The notes below the pieces were generated by a model that was not told the DNA's origin, did no database searches, and saw only the letters and a program-made list of their open reading frames with translations. Below are positions 1-10,119 of a stretch of DNA of 64,000 nt, piece by piece. Numbering within the stretch: position 1 is the first letter of the stretch; every line of letters starts with the position of its first letter. The translations under genes and the position numbers were made by a program. Origin of the DNA: an uncultured Nitrospiraceae bacterium (GTDB lineage: Bacteria; Nitrospirota; Nitrospiria; Nitrospirales; Nitrospiraceae); assembly GCA_963730935.1 (NCBI GenBank), contig CAVSTP010000002.1, positions 416,001 to 480,000 on the forward strand. Direction: 5' to 3'.

Positions 1-19
1 TGTGAAGGGGGGGTGAATT

Positions 20-229
20 GTGAAATATCACATAGGTGAGGAAGTATGCGACTGGATTAACGGATGTGAGCGCTTACTTTCGACAGAGTTAGTTTTGACT
101 GAGGATGAGCGCAGCTTACTTGAATATTACCTAAATGAGGTTTCCCGAAAATTCCTTTCGCGAACGGCCTCCAGCCAACACCCAATGCCCCCCCTAACCG
201 AAACCAGCAGCACTCAAATCACCGCCTAA
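20..229 (+). CDS. Small hypothetical protein (69 aa)
   Basis: GTG start after G-rich RBS-like GAAGGGGGGG; amphipathic helical sequence; no recognised domain. Confidence 0.5.
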   Translation: MKYHIGEEVCDWINGCERLLSTELVLTEDERSLLEYYLNEVSRKFLSRTASSQHPMPPLTETSSTQITA

Positions 230-415
230 ACTCTAGCCTCAATTCTCCGAGAATTGGGGCTAGCTGTCTTCGTTTTCGGCTTGCCGCTTTGTCGCGCTTC
301 TAGAAAGCGCTGATGATGGTATTCGTTTCGCCTCGCTGACTGCCCAATCCTTCACACAACTGACCTTGTTTGTACTTCGACACGGGTAAATCCTTGAAAG
401 CCTTAGCATAGGAAC

Positions 416-431
416 TGGCACAGCAGTTGCT
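416..431 (+). promoter_or_regulatory. Sigma-54 (-24/-12) promoter
   Basis: TGGCAC-AGCAG-TTGCT, exact consensus, ~105 bp upstream of the FN3 lipoprotein. Confidence 0.8.
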
Positions 432-537
432 TAATACAAGGGTGAAAATCGAGCGGAACTGGGGTTACTGCTAGTTGCTCATCGCACTCTAGTATCGTCG
501 ACGCCGCCGCTTTTACCTTCAATTTTTTAGGGGGTTT

Positions 538-921
538 ATGATGAGGGTCCACCCTTTTGTACTGTTCTTTATCTTCGGACCTCTTATCACCTTGCTCGTC
601 GGCTGCGGAGGTGACGGCTCTACGGGAGGAACTGCTTCATTATCGTGGGACCCAGGTCATGATCACCCGGGGGTTACATATACTGTGCACTACGGTAAGA
701 ATTCGAGCGGTGAGTTCGGATCCTGCAATTATGAGAATGCCGTCGATGTAAGCGATCCCTTTGTCACCGTTGCTGGCCTTGAACCTTCTACCCACTACTA
801 CTTCGCTGTAAGTGCCTATGATAACAACAGTGAACTCAGGAGTATGTGCTCCGAGGAAGTGTCCAAGCTGACACCGGAACAGGAACTGTACATCGGGGAC
901 CCGCCGGTCAAGGTGATGTAA
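538..921 (+). CDS. Fibronectin type III domain lipoprotein
   Basis: Lipobox LVGC; FN3 signature LSW...YTVHY...VTVAGLEPSTHYYFAVSAYD. Confidence 0.8.
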   Translation: MMRVHPFVLFFIFGPLITLLVGCGGDGSTGGTASLSWDPGHDHPGVTYTVHYGKNSSGEFGSCNYENAVDVSDPFVTVAGLEPSTHYYFAVSAYDNNSELRSMCSEEVSKLTPEQELYIGDPPVKVM

Positions 922-1347
922 GGAGATGCGCCTCGGGTGTTGCGAAACTCCTTCTAGTCATGCAAATCTAGGATGTCTCCGAGTGATCCTTCTCAGATAA
1001 ACGTCGTAAACTCCGCACCCAGTTGAGGGTTAGAGAGTAGGAGATTTTTTGGATGCCTTTGCCTGAGACCGTATCTCTTCAGATACCCTACACATCAAAC
1101 GAGAAACACTTCCTGATTCTAGCCGTGCAGGCTGCCCTTCGCAGGTTTCGGAGCATCAACCCCCGCTCCTCTGACGACCCGCTCTATCTTTCATCTCCCA
1201 GTTCATCAGGTCTCTCTTCCCCGTCAGAGATGCAGGACTAGCAAGCCACGCGCACTCGTGTCCGTCCTCGACACGTGCGCACCTGAGCCACGGTAACCCC
1301 TCTCCATACGAAGCGTGCAGCTGTTTCAGCAGCTGGACTTGGGGAAC

Positions 1348-4300
1348 CTACAGATGTGGAACGATCCTCTGAATGCCGCGATACAGCTCTTCGACGGCTG
1401 CTTCCTTAGTCAGGAGCATGTCGGCTCCGGCCTTCAGCATCGCTTCTTTATTGTTGGGTCCCGCGTTCACCGAGAGGCCAATCACCCTGATGTCGGGGTA
1501 TTGAGCCTTGATCCGGGCAGTCGCTTCGATGCCGTTGAGGCGGGGCATGTTGATATCCATGATGACCACAGCCGGCCGAAGTGTGTCCGCCATAGCCACG
1601 GCTTCATGGCCATCCGAGGCTTCACCGACGATCTGAATGTCGGCGTGCCCTTCCAAGACGGACCGCAGGCCTTGTCGCATCATGGCATGATCGTCGACGA
1701 GAAGCACTGTGAGAGCTTTCTGAACAGAGGGCATCAGATCGCTCATCGACTGCTCGCGTAAGGCCGCCCTGGCTGAAGTCACGCCATCATGGAGCAGCCC
1801 CGTAGCCAGTGGCTCGGCGACTTCCTGTAAGGGGAGCACAAGGAGGGCAGTCGTTCCCTTTCCAGGCGCCGTGACCAGCTCCAGCCTCCCGCCAAACGCT
1901 TTCATGCGCTCGCGGATCGAAAAGAGCCCGAATTTTAGCGGCTGGCCGCCGTCGTTCGGCTGCACCACGGACAAGTCGAAGCCCGCTCCTGTGTCGCGGA
2001 CCTCGAGGCGGATGCCGGGCTCCTCGCGCCTGAGATGCACGCTGGCATGTTTGGTACCTGCGTGCTTGGCGACGTTGATCAACAACTCGCGGACGGATTG
2101 GAAGACGAGAACCGCCTGTTCTTCCGGAACCGACATGTGGTCCTGACCGACGTCGACCGACACGCGCAATTGACGCTGGGTCATATGCTCTCCCAACCAT
2201 TTGAGCGCTGCCGCCAGGCCGAACTCGCGCAGGACAGGAGGACACAACTCTGCGACTAAGGTTCTCGAATAGGTGAGGGCCTCGGTGAGAACATCATCGA
2301 CCTGCTTGATCAGCTCCGAACAGCCAGGAATCACCGCTGCCAGAGGCTTACCCTGTCCGAGCTTGAGTTTGCAAAACACCAGCATTTGCTGCAGGTGATC
2401 GTGCAGTTCGGTGGCGATGCGCTTTCGTTCACGCTGCTCTGCCAGACCCACTTCCGTCGCCAGCGCCCGAAGGCGTTCTTGTGACTCCAGCAATTCGCTA
2501 GTTTTCACACGCACGGCCTGTTCAAGCTCCTGACTCCATCGTTGAAGCTGCTCCTGGGCTTCACGGGTATCGGTGATGTCGATGCTGGCACCGACGTACC
2601 CCATTAATTCCCCATTATCGGTCAGGCGCGGTCTGGCGACCGACCGCATCCATCGATACTGGCCGTCGGAACGCCGAAACCGGAATTGAGCGTCAAAGAG
2701 CCCACGGTCCCGCAGCGCCTCGAGATACAAGGTTACATACTGTTTCCGATCTTCCTCATGGACGTAATGCGCCCAGTCGTAATTCGCCACCTCGCTCTGA
2801 TCGCGGACGCCAAGGAATTCCATATAGGCCTGGTTGACGAATTCACATCCGCGCATGCCGGTCATCCAAATCAAAACAGGTGCGCTGTCCGCAATCATCC
2901 GAAATCGCATTTCGCTTTCGCGCAAGGCGGCTTCGGCGCGTTTTTGCGCGGTGATATCGGTGACCATCACGATGAAACCGGCGATCTGCCCATTGACGTC
3001 CCGATGCGGCGTATATACCACATGGATCCATCGCGTGCGGCCGTGGCGATACTTGGCTTCGGTCTGATAGTCGACCGCCTGTCCCTGCAACGCTGCCTCC
3101 ACATACGGCGCCATGGCGCCCCAGGCTTCCTCGCCCACGACTTCCTTGATCGTCTTGTCGATAATGTCCTCTCGTGACAGTCCAAACCATGTGGTGTACG
3201 CGTCGTTACAAGTGATGTATCTTCGGTCCTTGCTGATGTAGGAAATCAGGGCTGGAACCGTATTGCTGACCAGCTCCAGCTGCTCTTCGCTATGCCGCAA
3301 GGCCTCTTCCGCTTGCTTTCGCTCGGTGATGTCGACGTTGACACCCAGAATTCTCTCGGGAACGCCGGCGGTGTCTCGGAAGATTTTCGCTCTCGCGAAC
3401 AACCAGTGCACGCTGCCGTCTTCCCAGACGACCCGAAAATCATGTGCATACTCATCTGTAGCCAACGCGTGTTCCAGGGCCCTTTCCGCCTCGGAACGGT
3501 CGTGGGGATGAACCCGCCGCAGCCATCCTTCATACGTCCCTTCAAAAGTTCCGGGGTCGAGACCATAGAGGGCTTCGAGCTCTACGGACCAATAGTTCTT
3601 CCCTGTCTTGTAGTTGTATTCGAATACGCCCCAGCGGCCCGCCTGCTGGGCAATGCGAGTCCGCGCTTCACTTTCACGGATGGCTTCTTCAGCACACTTA
3701 CGGTCCGTGATGTTCTGCCGTGTGCCCCACATCCGTATGAGCAAGCCGTTCTCGACAATGCCCACCATGTTGTTGAGAAAATAGACCGTTTCACCAAAGA
3801 CATTGCGCTCGGCGGATTCGATATTGGTGGCCCGATAGCCGGCCCTAATGATGGAAGCGAGAAACTCTCGGGCGGAGGGATCGGAGACCGGCAGCATGAA
3901 ATCCAATGTCTTTCCGATCAAGCCCTCCGCACTGGAAAACCCGTACATGCGCCCCATCGCATCATTGCATTCGAGAAGACGGGCAGAGCAGTACAGCTGC
4001 TTGACTTGAATCTCGACCGGCAGCGAGGTATCCAGCGGTGGGTCGAATTCCATGCGCCAGATGCCTTCCGAGCTGTTCTGAATGAAGGCCCGGTAGCGCT
4101 CTTCGCTTTGTCGCAACGACGCCTCGGCCTGGTGCTTATACAGCGTGACCTCCAATTGCGTGGCCAGGTCCCGCTCTTCGAACGGTTTGAGAATATATCC
4201 GAAGGGTCCGACCGCGCTGGCCCGCTTGAGAGTTTCCTGATCTGAATGCGCAGTGAGGAAAATGACAGGAATGTCCCGCCATTGCTTCAGGCGGGTGGCG

Positions 4301-4500
4301 GTCTGAATCCCATCCATGTGGCCGGCGAGTCTGATATCGAGGAGCGCTATGTCCGGACGCTCCACCTGGGCCAAAGCGAGCGCCTCTTCTCCCGTTGACA
4401 CTGGACCAGCGACGCGATAACCGAGCAGCTTGACCTTGCTGGCCAGGTGAACCGCCAGGATCGCCTCATCCTCGACAATCAACACCGAGAGTTGGCTCAT
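1348..4500 (-). CDS. Hybrid sensor histidine kinase: REC - 4 PAS/PAC - HisKA_3 - HATPase - REC
   Basis: VLIVEDE...LLDIRL; repeated PAC ends (DITERK); ERKRIATELHD; RDTGAGFD/FGLFSIRER; C-terminal VLLVDDH...MDINMP; start set at MSQLSV. Confidence 0.9.
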   Translation of the reverse strand: MSQLSVLIVEDEAILAVHLASKVKLLGYRVAGPVSTGEEALALAQVERPDIALLDIRLAGHMDGIQTATRLKQWRDIPVIFLTAHSDQETLKRASAVGPFGYILKPFEERDLATQLEVTLYKHQAEASLRQSEERYRAFIQNSSEGIWRMEFDPPLDTSLPVEIQVKQLYCSARLLECNDAMGRMYGFSSAEGLIGKTLDFMLPVSDPSAREFLASIIRAGYRATNIESAERNVFGETVYFLNNMVGIVENGLLIRMWGTRQNITDRKCAEEAIRESEARTRIAQQAGRWGVFEYNYKTGKNYWSVELEALYGLDPGTFEGTYEGWLRRVHPHDRSEAERALEHALATDEYAHDFRVVWEDGSVHWLFARAKIFRDTAGVPERILGVNVDITERKQAEEALRHSEEQLELVSNTVPALISYISKDRRYITCNDAYTTWFGLSREDIIDKTIKEVVGEEAWGAMAPYVEAALQGQAVDYQTEAKYRHGRTRWIHVVYTPHRDVNGQIAGFIVMVTDITAQKRAEAALRESEMRFRMIADSAPVLIWMTGMRGCEFVNQAYMEFLGVRDQSEVANYDWAHYVHEEDRKQYVTLYLEALRDRGLFDAQFRFRRSDGQYRWMRSVARPRLTDNGELMGYVGASIDITDTREAQEQLQRWSQELEQAVRVKTSELLESQERLRALATEVGLAEQRERKRIATELHDHLQQMLVFCKLKLGQGKPLAAVIPGCSELIKQVDDVLTEALTYSRTLVAELCPPVLREFGLAAALKWLGEHMTQRQLRVSVDVGQDHMSVPEEQAVLVFQSVRELLINVAKHAGTKHASVHLRREEPGIRLEVRDTGAGFDLSVVQPNDGGQPLKFGLFSIRERMKAFGGRLELVTAPGKGTTALLVLPLQEVAEPLATGLLHDGVTSARAALREQSMSDLMPSVQKALTVLLVDDHAMMRQGLRSVLEGHADIQIVGEASDGHEAVAMADTLRPAVVIMDINMPRLNGIEATARIKAQYPDIRVIGLSVNAGPNNKEAMLKAGADMLLTKEAAVEELYRGIQRIVPHL

Positions 4501-4738
4501 GAGTATCAAGATGTGGGGGAAAAGCGGCGCCAGTATATGTCTGACACACTTGTCCATGGCCTAGGGAAACCCCTGGTTTTTGTGTGGGACCCAAAACCAC
4601 AACTGATTTAAGATCCGGTGAGATAAATACGAGCAGAAGAGACTGCACGATCCTGCGAACACTGTCAAAAATGGGGGAACTCGTTGACGAAGTTTGCACC
4701 AGTGCTATAGTTCGCTCTACATCCTCACAGGGGTCTTT

Positions 4739-4939
4739 ATGAACTATGTCCGCATCGGAAAGAGAACGCTCAACCTGGACAGTGTGAGCTATGCCGAGGT
4801 GCAGACGTGGCAGGACGAAATGACCGTCAAGGTGCATTTCGCCGGGGTGGCGAACAACACTCCACTTGTCTTTGGGGAAAACGATGCCAAGGAACTCTGG
4901 AAATATTTGGAGTATATCGCAGAAAAGCCTATCGCATAA
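4739..4939 (+). CDS. Small hypothetical protein (66 aa)
   Basis: ATG after AGGGG; beta-rich MNYVRIGKRTLNLDSVSY; divergent from the kinase. Confidence 0.65.
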   Translation: MNYVRIGKRTLNLDSVSYAEVQTWQDEMTVKVHFAGVANNTPLVFGENDAKELWKYLEYIAEKPIA

Positions 4940-4979
4940 TCCTGCAGGCTCGGCTTCTCACTCTCGCCTTCAACTGCCG

Positions 4980-5636
4980 TCATAAGGTCCGTATCGTATA
5001 GCCTTCCTGTCGTTCACGAAGCGGAACAAGGCGGGCTTCCTTCCGATAGTCCCGATAGTAGCTTAAGACTTTTTGCACATAATGTCGCGTTTCCTTATAG
5101 GGCGGAATCTGTTTATAACGATCCACCTTGCGCTCGCCTGCATTATAGGCCGCCAGTGCCAACCGCGTGTTGCCGTGGAATCGGTCGAGAAGATAGCGCA
5201 GATGTCTCGCGCCACCCGCCACGTTTTCATTGGTGTCATACAGATTCTGAACGCCATGACGCATCGCCGTTTCGGGGACGAGCTGCATGAGACCCACAGC
5301 ACCTGCCTTTGAGACCACAATGGGATTGAACGATGACTCAGCCTTCATCACCGCGAACAATAAGGCTGGGTGCAGGTGATGCTGCTGGGCCGCAGCTCTC
5401 ACGGCACGCTCCAATTCGGTCGCTGACGCGGCTCGTGATGGGCCAGTTGATCCGCTTTCAACCACGGGTTCTGAAATGACTTCAATCTGAGCAGACACAG
5501 ACACGTTCAGCGAATGAGTTGGGTGTTCGGCGAGCGTGCACGGGGCAGAAACCATAAGCACAAGTCCGGCGGTGACGATCAGCACCTGGGTGAGGGAATG
5601 ATTGCTTCGCCTTTGTGGTCGCCTGTTTTTCATCAT
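4980..5636 (-). CDS. Lytic transglycosylase (SLT domain), exported
   Basis: AESSFNP, GAVGLMQL, ALAAYNAG, ETRHYV motifs; N-terminal hydrophobic segment; RBS GGGAGG. Confidence 0.92.
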   Translation of the reverse strand: MMKNRRPQRRSNHSLTQVLIVTAGLVLMVSAPCTLAEHPTHSLNVSVSAQIEVISEPVVESGSTGPSRAASATELERAVRAAAQQHHLHPALLFAVMKAESSFNPIVVSKAGAVGLMQLVPETAMRHGVQNLYDTNENVAGGARHLRYLLDRFHGNTRLALAAYNAGERKVDRYKQIPPYKETRHYVQKVLSYYRDYRKEARLVPLRERQEGYTIRTL

Positions 5637-5718
5637 CTGTTTCCTCCCACATGCCGAAGTCTTACGGATACCGGCTTCGCGAACAGGTTGGGAGCGTGCG
5701 CTCTCTCACTAGGCTATC

Positions 5719-5734
5719 CGCAGTTTCCATGCCG
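5719..5734 (-). promoter_or_regulatory. Probable sigma-54 promoter of the SLT gene
   Basis: Minus strand CGGCAT-GGAAA-CTGCG (GG-N10-GC), with an IHF consensus ~38 bp upstream. Confidence 0.5.
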
Positions 5735-5771
5735 TTTTCCTGCGCGGCGTTTCGGTATATTTATTTATTTA

Positions 5772-5784
5772 TATCAATAACTTG
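5772..5784. promoter_or_regulatory. IHF-type binding site
   Basis: TATCAA-TAAC-TTG matches WATCAANNNNTTR and is preceded by an AT tract. Confidence 0.6.
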
Positions 5785-5929
5785 CATTTCAAGACACCTC
5801 CCAACTTTTGTAGGGCTGGCAGGGGGGGGAGATTCCCTATATTGTTCCTTCGAGTCGCAATTTGCCGTCTCTATTCCGGCTGTGACCGCACAGGGTCGAC
5901 CTGTCACGGGTCACAGGAGAGTGCCCGCT

Positions 5930-6286
5930 ATGAAAATCCGCTATAGCGAACGCGTCATCACCGAATTTCCCGTCATTTTTGCCGGTGACTCCTTCGTGGG
6001 AGAGGGCACGGTCCACAATGTATCCGTGCCTGGCTGCGCGATTGTGAGCAACCGGAGGGTAGAACCGGGGACTTACCTCGAGATGAAAGTCCTGATGCCG
6101 GACAACGGCCCCTCGCTTTGCGTCGAACTGGCAAAGATCCGTTGGCGGAAAGGACGTCGCTTTGGCGTCGAATTCATTCGGATGCCAGGCGTAGATCAGG
6201 TCCGCCTTGGACGCTTGATCAGACGTCATCGCGGCCTCAAAGCAGCGACTCGACTACACCACGCGCGAATGCTACACTTCCGATAG
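5930..6286 (+). CDS. PilZ-domain protein (c-di-GMP receptor)
   Basis: RYSER (RxxxR) and NVSVPG ([D/N]xSxxG); ends FGVEF; RBS AGGAGA. Confidence 0.85.
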   Translation: MKIRYSERVITEFPVIFAGDSFVGEGTVHNVSVPGCAIVSNRRVEPGTYLEMKVLMPDNGPSLCVELAKIRWRKGRRFGVEFIRMPGVDQVRLGRLIRRHRGLKAATRLHHARMLHFR

Positions 6287-6312
6287 TTGGTCCATTCCGG
6301 AGACTCCTTGTT

Positions 6313-6633
6313 ATGAACCGCGTGCTTATGTGTATCCTGTGCCTGCTTGCCGCCGGCTGCGCCGAGCCCTTTACGATGTTTCACACCCGTACGGGCGAAC
6401 AGATTGTCCTCGGCCGCCGCTCCTATTCTTATGAAGGCTGCCTCGCGACGATGCAAGAAGAGGCCAATCGGCTGGGCGTGACCTTTCGTTACGTGCATGT
6501 CCGTGGCACGACATTCGGCCGGTCGCTGCTCTGGCCTTTCGAACCCGGCTACGCTTGCGAAGCGGCGATCGGACCGGAAGGCCATCCCTACGGCATCTAT
6601 TTGAATGTGCCGCCCCGCACTCCTCACAGCTGA
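6313..6633 (+). CDS. Hypothetical lipoprotein
   Basis: RBS GGAG; signal peptide with LLAAGC lipobox. Confidence 0.7.
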   Translation: MNRVLMCILCLLAAGCAEPFTMFHTRTGEQIVLGRRSYSYEGCLATMQEEANRLGVTFRYVHVRGTTFGRSLLWPFEPGYACEAAIGPEGHPYGIYLNVPPRTPHS

Positions 6634-6929
6634 GAACCACTAATCGCGCCTTGTCCTCACCGAATCCTGCGACGAGCAAGAATTTACACATGTCCACGGT
6701 TGAATTTGTTGACAATCGAACCGCGAACGCAGTATTACTTTTCAACCATAACCGCCGCGCGTGATGAAATACCTGCACGTGTATCCGCTCACCGATCGCC
6801 ACCCTGCAATGACGCTTGAAAGGAGCCGGCCTGCGTGGAGCCAGGCTGATGTCCGGTGACAGTTGCGAATTGACCAAGAGCATCCACCGTCCTCAACATT
6901 CATCGACCTCATTGTTCAAAGGAGTCGCC

Positions 6930-7307
6930 ATGGAAGATCTCGTCATTGAGGAAGAGGGCGCCTCATCCGCCCTGAAAATCACTCTGGGTGACTTTCTCGT
7001 CTTCATTAATTGGATGAACCAGACCGAAAAGTCTCTTGAACGCGGCGAAGCGCTCCCGACCAGTCCGGAACTGGATTCTGGGAAGGTGAAAGGATGGATC
7101 CAGCTCGTCCAACGGCTTGAAGAGCGTTTCCGCAGGAGTGAAGAGAAAAAGATCGCCCTGGAAGCGAACGTCATCGCTCAGGAAGCACAACTCGGACAGT
7201 TGCTGACGCATCTGCACGCCAACATTGCATCGCTCTACGACAATCTCGGACAGGCCAAGAAGGCCGAAGAGGTTCGTCGTCGCGCCGAAGCGTTGCACGT
7301 TAGCTAG
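6930..7307 (+). CDS. Hypothetical helical/coiled-coil protein with a TPR-like C-terminus
   Basis: RBS AAGGAG; NIASLYDNLGQAKKAEE resembles a TPR helix pair. Confidence 0.65.
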   Translation: MEDLVIEEEGASSALKITLGDFLVFINWMNQTEKSLERGEALPTSPELDSGKVKGWIQLVQRLEERFRRSEEKKIALEANVIAQEAQLGQLLTHLHANIASLYDNLGQAKKAEEVRRRAEALHVS

Positions 7308-7556
7308 ACGTCGAACTGCCCGTCCGGGCGTAGCCCGCCCTTGTCCGATGCGCTGTCAGCATGGACCTGGCGTGCAAAATAGTACCCTGTGCTCTGCCGC
7401 GGTAAGCGGGTGGGGTATGGTATTGTCCCCCTCTGACTGATTCCCACTTTTTGCTTCTCGCCCAACATCCCTTCGATATAATCAATTCCGGAACGGCTCG
7501 GCCTGGCTGGGGTGTCTTCTTTTGCCGGCACGCGTCGCTTTTTTTGGATTTTTCGC

Positions 7557-8486
7557 ATGATCACGGTACTGCTGATCGAAGACAACGACATCGATGCTCG
7601 GCTGACCCAGGACCTACTGGCGGAATGGAGCGTCGAAGAATTCAAGGTGACGCATGCCAGAACGCTCTCGGACGGTCTGGCGCACATCGACAAAGGCCGT
7701 TTCGACGCCATCCTTCTGGATCTCTCCCTTCCAGATGCGTTCGGTTTGCCGACGGTCCGGCAGGTCCATGCAACCAACCCTTCCATTCCCGTCGTCGTGC
7801 TCAGCGGCGTAAGCGATCAGACGCTGGCACTTCAGGCCGTGCAACAGGGCGCTCAGGATTATCTGGTCAAAGGCCAGGGCCACCCCGAACTGCTCGCCCG
7901 TTCCGTGCGCTATGCCATCGAACGTAAGCGCTCCGAGGAACGCCTCACATACCTTGCCCAGTACGATCATCTCACCGGGTTGGTCAATCGTACGCTCTTC
8001 AGGGATCGCTTGATCCAGGCCATGGCCAGAAGCAAACGGCTTCAGCAGCCGCTAGGGCTGATGCTGCTTGATCTGGACCGGTTCAAGGCCGTCAATGACA
8101 CGCTTGGACACGACATCGGCGACGAGTTGCTGAAATCCGTCGCTGAGCGGTTGAAAGCCTGCGTGCGCGAGGTCGATACGGTCGCGCGCATGGGCGGGGA
8201 CGAATTCACGATTGTCCTCGAGGGCGTCTCCTCAGAACAAAGTATCATGGTCGTGGCGAAGCGGATCACCGAGTCGATTTCCTCGGTCTTTCGTTTGAAG
8301 GGACACGACGTCTCTGTGGGAATCAGCATCGGGATTACCGTGTACCCGCATGACGATCACAGCATCGACGAGCTGTTAAAACATGCCGACTCCGCTATGT
8401 ATCGTGCGAAGCAGCAAGGCGGCAGCGGCTTTGCCTTCCACGAAGCTTCAGGCTACAACCACGCTGCGACATATTCCGCCTCCTGA
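7557..8486 (+). CDS. Response regulator diguanylate cyclase (REC-GGDEF)
   Basis: VLLIEDN...LLDLSLPD...GAQDYLVK; DHLTGLVNR; intact GGDEF and RxxD I-site (REVD). Confidence 0.93.
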   Translation: MITVLLIEDNDIDARLTQDLLAEWSVEEFKVTHARTLSDGLAHIDKGRFDAILLDLSLPDAFGLPTVRQVHATNPSIPVVVLSGVSDQTLALQAVQQGAQDYLVKGQGHPELLARSVRYAIERKRSEERLTYLAQYDHLTGLVNRTLFRDRLIQAMARSKRLQQPLGLMLLDLDRFKAVNDTLGHDIGDELLKSVAERLKACVREVDTVARMGGDEFTIVLEGVSSEQSIMVVAKRITESISSVFRLKGHDVSVGISIGITVYPHDDHSIDELLKHADSAMYRAKQQGGSGFAFHEASGYNHAATYSAS

Positions 8487-8524
8487 GCCTTCTACCACCG
8501 CGTTAAACCCTGGCCTGCTCCTGG

Positions 8525-9334
8525 CTATCTTCCAATTTCAGAAAGGGGAGCCTCAGTCACATGCAGGGCGCCTCGAGGGTTCGGCGCTAGGACATTGGTT
8601 TGCACGAGGGCCTCACGAGCCGGCGACAGCTTCGCCTCCGGCGTCATCACGATGCCCCAGTGCCGGTTGTCTACACAGACATTATCCAACAATAGTGCTT
8701 CGGCATGATGAAACAGCAGCATTCCGCTCAGCCAATTGTCGGTGCATCGATTGCGGACCAGCTCGGGATGGCTTCCAGGATCGCGCACGGCAATTCCAAA
8801 ATGATGGTTTTCCCGGCAGACGTTGTCCGCCAGCCGGGGCTGGGCACCGGCGAACACAAAGATGCCTGATTCACGATTGCCGCAAACCTCGTTGTCGATG
8901 AAGGCGCCCCGGCATTCTGGTCCATACATGACGACTCCGGATAAGATGCCGTCTGTGGCCCGGCATTGCGTGACAGTGCAGGAAGAGTCGAGGATGTTCA
9001 TGGCCGAATGTTGATCGCTGCCGACATAGCGAAAGGTCAGCCCGGAAATTCGGCCGCTCGGAACGCGCTGAAGATAGAGAGGGCCTCCGCGACGGGAAAA
9101 GATCTGGACCGCATCACGGCTTGCCCCGATCAGGAGGATCGGGCGATCGGCCAGAAAGACTTTGTCCTCATAGATGCCGGCTCGGACAAAGACCTGATCG
9201 AGCTCTCCGGCCTCTTTCAATGCCGCACTCGGCCGAGGATAGAGCGCGGGATCCTGCCAATCTACGATCAACGTCTTTCCGCCGAGCGGATTCGGCGGAG
9301 GATCTTGCGCGATCGCTTCTGATTCTGAAGTCAT
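8525..9334 (-). CDS. Right-handed parallel beta-helix repeat protein (NosD/F-box-associated-like)
   Basis: Repeats of N-x-C-x-x-N-x-x-x-GI; AALKEAGELDQVFVRAGIYE leader. Confidence 0.8.
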   Translation of the reverse strand: MTSESEAIAQDPPPNPLGGKTLIVDWQDPALYPRPSAALKEAGELDQVFVRAGIYEDKVFLADRPILLIGASRDAVQIFSRRGGPLYLQRVPSGRISGLTFRYVGSDQHSAMNILDSSCTVTQCRATDGILSGVVMYGPECRGAFIDNEVCGNRESGIFVFAGAQPRLADNVCRENHHFGIAVRDPGSHPELVRNRCTDNWLSGMLLFHHAEALLLDNVCVDNRHWGIVMTPEAKLSPAREALVQTNVLAPNPRGALHVTEAPLSEIGR

Positions 9335-9517
9335 CTTCTCACGGCTCTCGAAAGCTCGTTGTGCAGTCGAACTGGAACGAGCCGTTTCGGTTTGTCAAGC
9401 GAACAGCTGACCGGCCGGCGTACAATTCTGATCCGGGCGCCAAGGGAGCCGCGTTGGGTCTGGCCACCAAATACTCGTTTTTCTGCCGGTTTTCTGAGGC
9501 AAAAAGCGGATCGCCTG

Positions 9518-9533
9518 TGGCACGTGGATTGCG
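9518..9533 (+). promoter_or_regulatory. Sigma-54 promoter
   Basis: TGGCAC-GTGGA-TTGCG, 45 bp upstream of the CpoB-like gene. Confidence 0.75.
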
Positions 9534-9578
9534 AACTCTGGGGTGGTGGCAAGAGCCAGCAGCAACGGAGGCGGTCCG

Positions 9579-10100
9579 ATGCACACCAGCAAACTCGTGC
9601 CCATAGCAGTCTTTTCTGTGATCCTCGCGACAACGGGTAGCCCCTCGACCCTCTGGGGCGCTCCATCGCAAGTTCAGGACACCTCTCGACATCTGTACGA
9701 CCGGGTAATGGAAGAATTCAAGCACCGCGACTATGAAGCGGCGCTCGCCGGATTCCGCCTCTTCTTGGAGCTCCACGGTCAAACCTCCCTCGCGGCGAAT
9801 GCACAGTACTGGGTTGGGGAATGCCAATATCGCATGGGACGGTATAAGGAGGCATTGAAGGCCTTTTACAACGTCGTCTCGTATTATCCGCTCAGCCCCA
9901 AGCTGTCGGCTTCGACGCTGAAGATTGGACAAACGTACACCAAGCTAAAGGATCAGGAAAAGGCGCGCATGATGTTTGAGCGGGTCGTGGATCAATACCC
10001 GGACAGCCCGGAAGCCGAGGTGGCCCGAAAGGCGTTGGAGATCGAGGCTGAAAAGATCGAGGCTGAAAAGCCCGAGTCCTCGCCAATTCCTACCGAGTGA
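9579..10100 (+). CDS. cpoB: Tol-Pal system TPR protein, YbgF/CpoB-like
   Basis: Signal peptide; ANAQYWVGECQY, YPLSPK, ARMMFERVVDQYPDS; RBS GGAGG. Confidence 0.8.
   Translation: MHTSKLVPIAVFSVILATTGSPSTLWGAPSQVQDTSRHLYDRVMEEFKHRDYEAALAGFRLFLELHGQTSLAANAQYWVGECQYRMGRYKEALKAFYNVVSYYPLSPKLSASTLKIGQTYTKLKDQEKARMMFERVVDQYPDSPEAEVARKALEIEAEKIEAEKPESSPIPTE
10039..10068 (+). repeat. 15-bp tandem duplication in the CpoB tail
   Basis: AGATCGAGGCTGAAA x2, encoding IEAEK IEAEK. Confidence 0.85.
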
Positions 10101-10119
10101 AGACCGCCTCCCTCTCTTT

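Noticed and set aside
922..1347. 62-aa ORF at 1053-1241 and possible ncRNA in the spacer
   Set aside because: Low-complexity translation, no recognisable structure or family
6634..6929. Possible riboswitch in the 300-bp leader
   Set aside because: Only short hairpins; no conserved aptamer motif recognised
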